Shown here one piece after another: positions 9,603 through 18,400 of a DNA stretch of 64,000 nucleotides (positions within the stretch are counted from its first letter, which is position 1; each line of letters starts with the position of its first letter). Location: the IMG/VR virus record IMGVR_UViG_3300029928_000198; one strand, 5' to 3'. The notes under the pieces are model-generated. The model had not been told where the DNA came from. It saw only the letters and a program-made list of their open reading frames with translations, and did no database searches. The position numbers and the translations under genes were made by a program. The stretch is from a virus.

Positions 9603-9917
9603 TTAAGCGGAATCCTGCTCGAACCAGCGATCGAGCGGGGTTATCTTCATGTCGCAGGAAATGGCGTCCTTGACCTGCTCGTATCCGTATCCGGACATCT
9701 TCTGCTGCATGAACTGGAACGATTCGATCATGCCCATCTTCTGCTCCTCGCGGAGGTCCTTGATGCTGGTTGCCAGCCAGAAGACGGCGACGTTCATGAG
9801 TTCGGTCTTGGTGTATCCGGGGGTGACGATGGAGATCTGATCGAGGATGGCCCTAGACCTCTCGGACATCGGATACGTGCGCTGGGTTAGACCCGTGTTG
9901 GTGTTGGAACGAGTCAT
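9603..9917 (-). CDS. Small RHH-like DNA-binding protein
   Basis: RTYPMSERSRAILDQ...TKTELMNVAV beta-helix-helix pattern. Confidence 0.5.
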   Translation of the reverse strand: MTRSNTNTGLTQRTYPMSERSRAILDQISIVTPGYTKTELMNVAVFWLATSIKDLREEQKMGMIESFQFMQQKMSGYGYEQVKDAISCDMKITPLDRWFEQDSA

Positions 9918-9920
9918 CCC

Positions 9921-10352
9921 TCATCCACCTCCGAGAAATCCTCTATCGCAGCCACCGACTGGGGGCGTCCCATCGATGCCAGCATCTCCCTGAACCTCCT
10001 CTCCGATTCGCTCATCGCCGGTCACCATCCCTGCAAGGCGATAAACACGGAACTCAGGTCCGGATTCGTAGTTGACGATGCCTTTCGAATTCAGTCTGTT
10101 CAATGCCCCCACGAGCTGCTGGCGGGTTGCGCGGGGGAAAACGGCCCTCATCTCGGAAACCATGTGTCCAGAGCCGTCCTTCATGTATGAAACGATCGAG
10201 CTGTCCAGCTTTCTGTTGCGTGACGAAAGGCCGCGGCTGGCCCTTCTCGGTTCTTGGCTTACATCTGTCAAGTTCAGGTCGCTGTTGCATGTAGCGGAAA
10301 TCATCGTGACCCAGTCCGGGGCGGCGGCGCGGACAGTAGGGGACGCCACCAT
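9921..10352 (-). CDS. Winged-helix protein
   Basis: ATRQQLVGALNRLNSKGIV...YRL; start uncertain. Confidence 0.55.
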   Translation of the reverse strand: MVASPTVRAAAPDWVTMISATCNSDLNLTDVSQEPRRASRGLSSRNRKLDSSIVSYMKDGSGHMVSEMRAVFPRATRQQLVGALNRLNSKGIVNYESGPEFRVYRLAGMVTGDERIGEEVQGDAGIDGTPPVGGCDRGFLGGG

Positions 10353-10416
10353 CCCCGGAGTAAGTGATTTTTCCCGACCGTATTAATACAGTCGGGAAGA
10401 TGGAACAGGCTGGCAA

Positions 10417-10614
10417 TCAGAGGTCACGTCCCGTGGACTCCCTCGCGACGGAATTGTTCCAGCAAATCTTCGCTTCGTCCTCGGTGTTTCCAAGTGCAAG
10501 TATCCCCCTGCAATCCATGCAGGTGACCCCGAAGAGGCTGTGGGACGATTCCACCGCGTAGCATGTAGGGGCCTTGCGGCAATGGGGACAGAGGGTCAGG
10601 CGTATCGATGTCAT
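10417..10614 (-). CDS. Lar-like (restriction alleviation) zinc-ribbon protein
   Basis: CPHC...VTCMDC...TEDEAKICWN. Confidence 0.65.
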   Translation of the reverse strand: MTSIRLTLCPHCRKAPTCYAVESSHSLFGVTCMDCRGILALGNTEDEAKICWNNSVARESTGRDL

Positions 10615-10657
10615 GAGGGGACCCCCGATGCGGCATCGGCCATATGAAGGGAACCGT

Positions 10658-10903
10658 TCATTCGGCGCACCCCCTGCCGATCACCTTGGCCGTGGTGTAC
10701 GGGGTGCGCTTCCTGAGGGTCGGATTCACTCCGGTAACGGTCGTCAGGACGACGTGCGCGCTGCTGACCGCTATGCCGTCGCATCCCCCGCTGACCATCT
10801 CTCCTGATGACTTGCGGGCATCCTCCGGCGTGGCGCAGTCCTTGACCACCAGAAGCCCGTTGTCCAGATACATGGTAAGACGGTAGAACTCCCAGTCGGT
10901 CAT
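10658..10903 (-). CDS. Hypothetical protein
   Basis: 81 aa, ATGA-coupled, GAGGTGG RBS. Confidence 0.7.
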   Translation of the reverse strand: MTDWEFYRLTMYLDNGLLVVKDCATPEDARKSSGEMVSGGCDGIAVSSAHVVLTTVTGVNPTLRKRTPYTTAKVIGRGCAE

Positions 10904-12057
10904 AGGACCACCTCAACCGAGGACATGTCGGGCGCGAACTCCGCCTTCAGGTACGTCACGGATGTGAAGCGGCTCACGGATTCGAGCTTGGGGATGGTCA
11001 GCGTGTAGTTGCTGCATTCGACGCCCCCGTTCTCGTCCGGAGCTATCCTGATGCGCCTCATATCGCCCGACATCAGGACCCTGTAGCGGTCGGCCACGAA
11101 CCAGTCCGAGCTGATCGTGTGCTCGGAGTCCCTGCGGACGGTAACGCCGGGGCGGAAGACCTGCATGTATGCCGGCAATGACGCTTCTGGGTGGACGGCG
11201 GTCCTCCTGAACTCGGCCAGCTTCCTGCTCAGCGCGTCGATCAGACGCTCCTTCCCCTCCATCTCCTCCGCCTTGCTCTTCAACGCGGAATCCCTCTCCT
11301 CCAATGCAACGGCAAGGGACTTCCGCGATTCCTCCAGCTTCGCTTCCAGCTCCTTCTTCTCCGATTCGCCGGCCGAAGCCATGTCGGAGATCGTCCTGCC
11401 AAGCTCCGAAACCTGCTCCTCCATGCTCTTCCTGACGCCCTCCATCTCGGCGACCTTGGCTTCGGATTCCGTCAATGCCTTCCTCAGCACCTCGACCTCT
11501 TCCCTGTTGGGTTTGACGGACTTCTGGGCCAGCTTCTCCCTGAGCTTCGCTATGTCCGCATCCTTCTGGCGTATGGTGGCGTTGGCGTTGTCCAGCTTCT
11601 GCTTGTACATCGCGGCGACATTGTTCATCTCGCAGTTCATCTGCAAAAGCATCCCGCTCTTGGTCAGCGTCTCGCATAGCTCGGGGGAACACTTCATGAG
11701 GGCGTTGGCCAGCTCTATCGACGGCTTCCCGCCCTTCATGAAGATCCTCTTCAGGAACTCGAAGCGATCGGGAACCGACATCTCCAGAAAGAACTCCGCC
11801 CCGACCTTCTCTATCGGTATGGCGAAGTAGCAGTTCGATTCGATGCGCTTGTCCTTCAGGCGGACGAAGTAGGTCTCCCCGGGCTGGATGCTGACATCTG
11901 ACTGGCGGTCAACGTAGACCGTGACGCCCGAGTACGTGCTCTTCACGGAGCCGCTGCTGTCGCGGACGAAGGTGAGCGGGACGGCTGATGCCAGAGAAAC
12001 GACGGCGGGATCCCTCCTGTCGAATTCGACCTTGGGGCTTTCGGCCTTCGAGGTCAT
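10900..12057 (-). CDS. Coiled-coil protein with beta-rich termini
   Basis: 385-aa ORF with a central heptad region; ATGA-coupled. Confidence 0.8.
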   Translation of the reverse strand: MTSKAESPKVEFDRRDPAVVSLASAVPLTFVRDSSGSVKSTYSGVTVYVDRQSDVSIQPGETYFVRLKDKRIESNCYFAIPIEKVGAEFFLEMSVPDRFEFLKRIFMKGGKPSIELANALMKCSPELCETLTKSGMLLQMNCEMNNVAAMYKQKLDNANATIRQKDADIAKLREKLAQKSVKPNREEVEVLRKALTESEAKVAEMEGVRKSMEEQVSELGRTISDMASAGESEKKELEAKLEESRKSLAVALEERDSALKSKAEEMEGKERLIDALSRKLAEFRRTAVHPEASLPAYMQVFRPGVTVRRDSEHTISSDWFVADRYRVLMSGDMRRIRIAPDENGGVECSNYTLTIPKLESVSRFTSVTYLKAEFAPDMSSVEVVL

Positions 12058-12782
12058 GCAGCTGCCTCCGCCGCATCCTCGGATGTGATGGAAACGATGA
12101 ACGCATCATCGAGGATCGTCACCCTGTCGGCGACCCTGCGCATCTGGACGGCCAGCGAACGCTCGTAGGACATGATCTCGATCCTCTTTCCCAGAGCGCG
12201 GACGTACTCGATGGCCGGGATGAAGTCCCTGTCGCCCGAGATGATGACCGCCGTATCGTAGGAATCGTCCACGGCTCCGGCCATGAGCCGTGCGGCCAAG
12301 GCGACATCCACCTCCTTCTGATGCTCGGTATCGAAGATTTCCCTCAAATCCAGCCCCCAGCCGCTGTGCATCAACACATCGTGGAACGGCTTGGTGGTAT
12401 CCCGCTCTGCCGTGTATATGCGCCCGTCGAAGGCGGTGGCCTCCACCAGATGGCGTCCTGAAACGGCGACGTTCTTCAGCTCCGCGTAGTCGATGAGGAA
12501 TCCGCGCCTGCGGACCTCTTCGAGAACGTTGCGGACATCCAAGAACACGGAAACACGCTCCATATGCGTCCTTCCGGCCATCTCCAGCTCGGCCTTCAGG
12601 GACTCGTTCTCCTCGCGGAGCCTCACGATCTCCTCGGATTCCCCTCCGTCCAGAAACGTTCCGACGATCTCCCTCAGCGCGGCCGCTCTGGACGAGAACC
12701 TTCCGCTCCTGACCATCTCATCTATGGCTTGGGACTGGGCGGAGGTTATGCCGCTCGAAAGGATGCTGGTGCTCTGGTCCAT
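12054..12782 (-). CDS. NYN (LabA/DUF88, PIN-like) ribonuclease with N-terminal RHH domain
   Basis: VFLDVRNV, QKEVDVAL, IISGDRDFIPA motifs; N-terminal IDEMVRSGRFSSRAAALREIV; start re-called to MDQSTS. Confidence 0.85.
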   Translation of the reverse strand: MDQSTSILSSGITSAQSQAIDEMVRSGRFSSRAAALREIVGTFLDGGESEEIVRLREENESLKAELEMAGRTHMERVSVFLDVRNVLEEVRRRGFLIDYAELKNVAVSGRHLVEATAFDGRIYTAERDTTKPFHDVLMHSGWGLDLREIFDTEHQKEVDVALAARLMAGAVDDSYDTAVIISGDRDFIPAIEYVRALGKRIEIMSYERSLAVQMRRVADRVTILDDAFIVSITSEDAAEAAA

Positions 12783-13006
12783 GCTCGGTCCTCCGACGGC
12801 GCGTCGGAATCTGGCAATGTGATCCTGATGTCCACATCGTCGCCCTCCTTCAGATCCATCTTCGCCAAGTACTGTCCGGGAACCGTCACATAATACGACG
12901 ATCCGTTCTTGCGGATGGTACCGGGGAACTGTATCCTCGTGCGCAAGCACTCACCTCCGTTGATCTCGGCGTTATCCGCCGATTTCTCGCTTCTTTCGTT
13001 CTTCAT
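12746..13006 (-). CDS. AbrB/MazE-like DNA-binding protein
   Basis: IRKNGSSYYVTVP...MDLKEGDDVDI; GGGAGG RBS. Confidence 0.8.
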   Translation of the reverse strand: MKNERSEKSADNAEINGGECLRTRIQFPGTIRKNGSSYYVTVPGQYLAKMDLKEGDDVDIRITLPDSDAPSEDRAWTRAPASFRAA

Positions 13007-13231
13007 CTGTGTGCCTCCCATTTTGGGATATGTGGTGTTCAGACCCGATGGGTCAGACGAAGAACGTACATCCTAATATTTAACGAATACCAAAATTCAA
13101 CTTTAGTTGAATAGTATTGAATCGTTCAAAGATTCAACAAACTGGGATTTTTATACGTTCCTAAAGATAGTCAAAAGCCCTGCCAGATTGCTGTGTGAAT
13201 GTGGTGTTCGTCGAATCTGGCGGGGTTCCGG

Positions 13232-13435
13232 TCAACAGAGGACCTTATCGACCCAAGGGCATCTGTCGCCTATGCTGAAGAACGCCACCGGGTCGGATTC
13301 CACCGACAGCACGGAGCCGTCGCACATGGAAAGGGAAAGACAATGCTCCGAAAGTGTAAGGCCCATGACGGAATCCATGCGATACGAGCGATCGCCGCAA
13401 TGGATCCTGTTACCGACTATTGCCGCTTTCTGCAT
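13232..13435 (-). CDS. Small hypothetical protein, probably leaderless
   Basis: 67-aa ORF with a TTTATAAA box about 25 nt upstream of the ATG. Confidence 0.5.
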   Translation of the reverse strand: MQKAAIVGNRIHCGDRSYRMDSVMGLTLSEHCLSLSMCDGSVLSVESDPVAFFSIGDRCPWVDKVLC

Positions 13436-13616
13436 GATTGTACAGTTTGGTGCGGTTTTATAAATGTTTTCCTATAAAGGACAATTTATCACAAAAAGGA
13501 AAAGACGGAAGCAACGAAGATAATGGGGTCCCCGTGCGGAACACGGGGTCTTGCCGGCTCGACACGGCAAGATAGGTTAGGACCATTGGATTGCTTCCGG
13601 AAGGCTATTGCCTCCG

Positions 13617-13911
13617 GACTCTATTTAAGAACCGTGGCGATTGACCGCGCGGCCATTCAATAAGGGACGACCGCGCGGAATGACAAACATCGTCCCGATT
13701 TACAATCGGGCATCGGATTATTTAAGGATTCTATCAAAATTGTGATTCGTGGCCGGACAGCGTCCCATCCTCGTGATGCCGGCCACTGCGATCCGCGATT
13801 GGACAAGAAGGTGCTGCGCACGCACGACAGGTGGTCCAATGCGCAGCGTGTGTCCATGGACACGGACCGAATCCTCAGTTCCCGAGGACTCTATTTAAGC
13901 ACCATGGCGAT
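13617..13911 (+). repeat. Duplicated promoter-like motif GGACTCTATTTAAG.ACCRTGGCGAT
   Basis: Copies at about 13617 and 13886; a third TATTTAAG at about 13728; GACCGCGCGG twice between the first two. Confidence 0.6.
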
Positions 13912-13934
13912 GGGCCTGCTGGACTTCCCGCTCG

Positions 13935-14018
13935 TCACTTGTTCCTCCTCTCATGGTAGATCGTGTAGACGAAAACCCCGAACGTCAATACCGTCATGAA
14001 CACGGTCAGCATGACCAT
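13935..14018 (-). CDS. 27-aa single-TM micropeptide (MVMLTVFMTVLTFGVFVYTIYHERRNK)
   Basis: Manual translation; TGATG overlap with the upstream stop; hydrophobic helix plus basic tail. Confidence 0.55.
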   Translation of the reverse strand: MVMLTVFMTVLTFGVFVYTIYHERRNK

Positions 14019-14524
14019 CAGATACATCGGACCACCTCCACTTCCCAGAAAGGATGCGACCTCGGCGACTCACCGGCGACCCAGCAGACATCGCGGTTCT
14101 CCCCGAACGTCGGTTCCAGATCGACCTTCACCGCCTTCAGATTCGACCTGCTCACCGATTGGTCCGACGCATACCGCGATTTGGCCGACTCCTCGGAGAA
14201 GAGCTTCGCATCGAAGTAGAACACCGAATCCCCCTCGCTGCTGTACATGATGGGATTCGCAGTGCTGATCGGCTTCCACCCCACGGTCAGAGCGGAACCC
14301 GGGGTGAAGAAGTCGGAACCCGGCGGGATGCCGCGCGTCCACATCCCGTCGTCGTTGACGAATCCCACGGAATCGGTTCTGGTCCTTCCCAGACGGTACA
14401 GCTTCGCGCTGAATCCGCAGCGTTTCTCCTGAAGCAGATTGAACGCCCGAACCCTAGCGTCCCTTATCAGGTCGCATTCGGCCAGCGCATGGGTCCCGTC
14501 GGGGAATTCCACGAAGTAAGGCAT
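14018..14524 (-). CDS. Hypothetical protein (MPYFVEFPDG...)
   Basis: Start re-called from the 304-aa track ORF; GGAGG RBS before ATG 14524. Confidence 0.7.
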   Translation of the reverse strand: MPYFVEFPDGTHALAECDLIRDARVRAFNLLQEKRCGFSAKLYRLGRTRTDSVGFVNDDGMWTRGIPPGSDFFTPGSALTVGWKPISTANPIMYSSEGDSVFYFDAKLFSEESAKSRYASDQSVSRSNLKAVKVDLEPTFGENRDVCWVAGESPRSHPFWEVEVVRCI

Positions 14525-14868
14525 CGGTCTTCGCCTCCGGAGGACATCTCGTCCCTCCAAGCCAGCATGGCTTCGAAGGGCGTATCTCCGATCTTCGAGG
14601 ACGCCTTGCACTTCGGACAGATGAAGCAGTACCCCTTGCCGCTGGGAATCCTTTCGGTTCCGAGTACGGGTGAAACCTTGCACCTCCTGCATTCGGCCAT
14701 CGGCCAAGGTATTTCCTTCGGGTCCTCCGCCCACAATCCGGCCGCCTTGCGGAGATTCTGGGCCGATACGGTCCGATGGCATCTCGTGCAGGTCATCCTG
14801 CATCCCGATGCGACATCCAGAGTCATGCGCGACGACCCGCAGTACCTGCAGCACGAGATCTCCGTCAT
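14467..14868 (-). CDS. Tandem Lar-like zinc-ribbon protein
   Basis: CRYC..CTRC..AAGLW and CRRC..CPKC..EAMLAW units; ATGA-coupled. Confidence 0.65.
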   Translation of the reverse strand: MTEISCCRYCGSSRMTLDVASGCRMTCTRCHRTVSAQNLRKAAGLWAEDPKEIPWPMAECRRCKVSPVLGTERIPSGKGYCFICPKCKASSKIGDTPFEAMLAWRDEMSSGGEDRCLTSWNSPTGPMRWPNAT

Positions 14869-15224
14869 CGGAGGGTCCCCCATCTTCTCTCCAAGGCATC
14901 GGCCAGAACCTCGACATGCTCCTTCGGGACATCCATCTTAACCATGGAGCCGTCCGACGATATGCTGGCCACGACCATCCCGTAATCCGACGGGGAAACG
15001 GTCCACGACCGGGTTCCGTTTCCGAACTCGTGGACCCCTTCGCCGTCCTCGATGACGCGCATCATTCCCACGATGTCGGAGATCTGGAGCGATGAGGACG
15101 CATTGATGCAGATTCCGTTGTACAAGCTGCTCAGGTGTATCGCGGCCGAATCGAACTGATCGTCGTAGACAATCCTCAGGTCATCGTCCGTTCCCGCGTA
15201 ATGCCATACATCGACCGTCGCCAT
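14865..15224 (-). CDS. Hypothetical protein
   Basis: 119 aa, GGAGG RBS, first gene of an operon. Confidence 0.7.
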   Translation of the reverse strand: MATVDVWHYAGTDDDLRIVYDDQFDSAAIHLSSLYNGICINASSSLQISDIVGMMRVIEDGEGVHEFGNGTRSWTVSPSDYGMVVASISSDGSMVKMDVPKEHVEVLADALERRWGTLR

Positions 15225-15378
15225 GCGACCGCCCTCCTGATCCGATTCCGTATTCCATTCAGAACCTCCTTCAAGGATGTTCTGACGACGCGGACGGTTG
15301 ATAAGCGATTCAAAAACCAGAGATGCAAGGAATAGTTGAGCTTAAATATCGAATCCGTACGGATTTTGAGTTGATAGC

Positions 15379-15396
15379 CGCCCCCATTCGGGGGCG
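15379..15396 (-). terminator. GC hairpin after the adhesin gene
   Basis: CGCCCCC-attc-GGGGGCG, 12 nt past the stop codon. Confidence 0.55.
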
Positions 15397-15407
15397 TAAG
15401 GTGTTTA

Positions 15408-18400
15408 TCAGAACAGACCGAGCAGGCGGGCCGCCAAGATGAGAACTATCGCGATCACGGCAATCGCGGCAATCGCCTTGATGATGCCCGACATGTCCGA
15501 GGACTCCTCCGATTCCTCGATCGTCACCGAAACCGTATCGGAATGAACCCTGTCGTTCGCGCTGTAGACGGTCAGCTTGACCACGTAGGTTCCGGATTCG
15601 GAGTAGGTGTGCTCGCCCTTGACGTCCCAAGACGATGTGCCGTCTCCGAACGTCCAGAGGACCTTCGCATAACCTCCCGACTCCGAGGCGTCGTAGCTTA
15701 TGGTCTTCCCTTTCACATCGACCTCGGGAACGGCCTTCAGGGTCCCCTCCTTCTCCCAGTAGGCGTACAGGGTGTACTTGCCGTCATCGCCGTAGTACAC
15801 CGTTACGATCTCGCCCGGCTGATGGAGAACCGGCTTGACAAGGCTCTCCGTCCATCCGACGAACGTGTATCCTTCGCGGACCGGCTTTCCCTCAGGAAGC
15901 AGGAAATTGACCGAGCCTTCGGACGATGCCTGCGGCTCCACGGTCGGCGCATCCTTCCCGCCGTTGGGGTCCAGAATCAAGGTGAAGACTCTGGAGTTCT
16001 CTCCCTCCGCCCAAACCGCATATATCGTCCTGACGCCATCCACGCTGTTCTTCGCGGTCACGAAGACGTACGATCCAGCAGTATAGTTCACACCGTCGCC
16101 ATCTTTATGGTCGGACCATCCTAGGAAGGTGAATCCCTTGCGGGTGGGCTTCTCCGTCGGAACCTCGAACTTCGCCGAGTCCCCATAGGTCTTCACCGGA
16201 TTGGCAACGGGGCCGCCCTCCCCTCCGTTGGGGTCGTAGATCAGTCTGAATGTCAGTTCGATGTGAAGCCTCTCCCATACGGCGTAAAGATATGTGGTTC
16301 CGGGTCTCTCTGCCTTGAACTTCGAACCGGGCTGATAATCGGCTGCTCCATCCTCAGCGGTCGCCCAACCCTTGAACCCGTATCCCTCCTTCACGGGAAT
16401 GTCCGCAGGTATCGTGAACTCGTGACCGTCCAATCCGCCGTTCTCGACGAGATCGGACGGCCCGTCGGTACCGTCTATCAGCTTGAATGAAAGCCTGTAC
16501 TCGGTATCGCCCTGCCATACGGCATAGAGCGTCGTTTTCTGAAGGGATGCCTTGTATGAATCCCCGGGCTGATAGGTTGCATCTCCGCCCTTCTCGTCAG
16601 CCCATCCAGCGAAGGAGTATCCCTCCTTCACGGGTATGTCCGCAGGGATCGTGAAGGTGTACTGGCCCCTAGACTTTCCGCTCTGAGGGGTGGGTCCGTT
16701 GGAACCGCCCATGAGGTCGAAGTTCAGCGTGTATGTCACTTCTGGATCGTTCGACCATTTGGCGTAGAGCGTGGTCGTACCGGGCTTCAGGACGATGGAA
16801 TCGCCCGGCTGGTAGGCGACCTTGCCGTTCGGCTCGGTTGCCCACCCTTGGAAGAGTCCTTCTTCGCTCTTCGGGATGCCTGCCGGAACGGTCGTCTTGT
16901 ACTCTCCGCGTCCATAGAACGGACCGATGGCGGAAGGTCCGTCGGTGCCGCCCATGAGGTTGAAGTTCAGGAAGAAGGAATCCTTCGGAGTCTCCTTCCA
17001 TACTGCATGGAGCGTGCTCGTGGGGGACGAGGTCGTGAACTCGCCGCCTGCTGCGATGGATGCTTCGGTCGCGCTCTTGCTCGTGGACCATCCGAGGAAC
17101 ACATGGTCCTCCCAGACGGGTGCATCGTCGGGTATGGCGAACGTATGCGAATATCCGGGGGCCTCCTCGGTGATGGAAGAAGGCTCTCCGGTACCGCCGT
17201 TGGCGTCGAAGTTCAGCGTCCAAGTCTTCTTGTCATCTACCCAGACGGCATAGATGATCGGATTCCTCTCTGAGGTCACGATCGTGGAACCGCCCTTGTA
17301 CTCGGCAATGCCGGACGCATCGGGGTTCTTCGACCAGCCTACGAACAGGCATCCCTCTCTGACCGGAATCTGCGTAGAAACGATGAACGTGCAGGTCTCA
17401 TAGCCCTGCTTGGTGACCGGCTCGGGAACATTCGTCGCATCGGACGCATTACCGTTGTAGGTCAGCATGTACGTAACGGACCTCATGCTCCATACGGCGA
17501 AGAGTTCGGTGGTCGTGGATTTCAGCACGACGTTTGCTTCGCCCTTGGAATAAAGTGGCTGGCTGCTGTCGCTCCTGTCCGACCAGCCGAGGAAGTCGTA
17601 TCCGTCCCTGACGGGTTCCTTGGTGCTCAGGGTGACAGAGGCCTCCTTGCCCTCATCGACGGTGACCGTCTGCTTCTCGGGCGCGTCCTTGCCGCCGTTG
17701 GCGTTGTAGATCAGGGTGTAGGTGATCTTGGCGACATTCTTGGTCCATACGGCGTACAGCGTCGCGCTGTCGCATGTGAACTTACCTCCGGGGCTGTACT
17801 CGACATCCCCGTTGTAGGATGTGGACCATCCCGCGAACGTGTATCCGTCCTTCGTCGGGATGAAATCGGACGGTATGGTGAACGTGTAGCCTCCCGAAGA
17901 GCCGTAGCCTGTCAGCGTCCTGTTCTCCCCGTTCCCGCCGTTGACGTTCAGGATGAGCACGTAGCTCACCTGCTTCCAGACGGCGTAGAGGGTCTTGGTT
18001 CCGGGGGAAAGGGTGATCTTGTCACCTGCGAAGTACCTGACGGTGTCGGTTCCTGCGGATTCGCCCCATCCTCTGAAGTCGAATCCGGCCTTCTTGGGTG
18101 CTCCCTCGGGTATCTCCGTCTCGTAGCTGCGCTTCTCGCTCTTGAAATGTATGTCGCCCGGACCGTCGGTTCCGCCGTCCAGATCGAATTCGAGATTGAA
18201 CTCGTACTCGGTGACGGTCTCCTTCCATACGGCGTAGAGCGTGGTGGGCGTCGAATAGATCGTTATGGAGCCTCCGGGCTGGAACGAGGCCGTAGAGGAC
18301 CCGGACGTCTTGGTCCATCCGAGGAATTCGTATCCCTCCCTGACAGGCTTCGTGCTGCTGATCGTGAAGGTCGCCGAAGCCGCTCCCGAGGTCACCAGCT

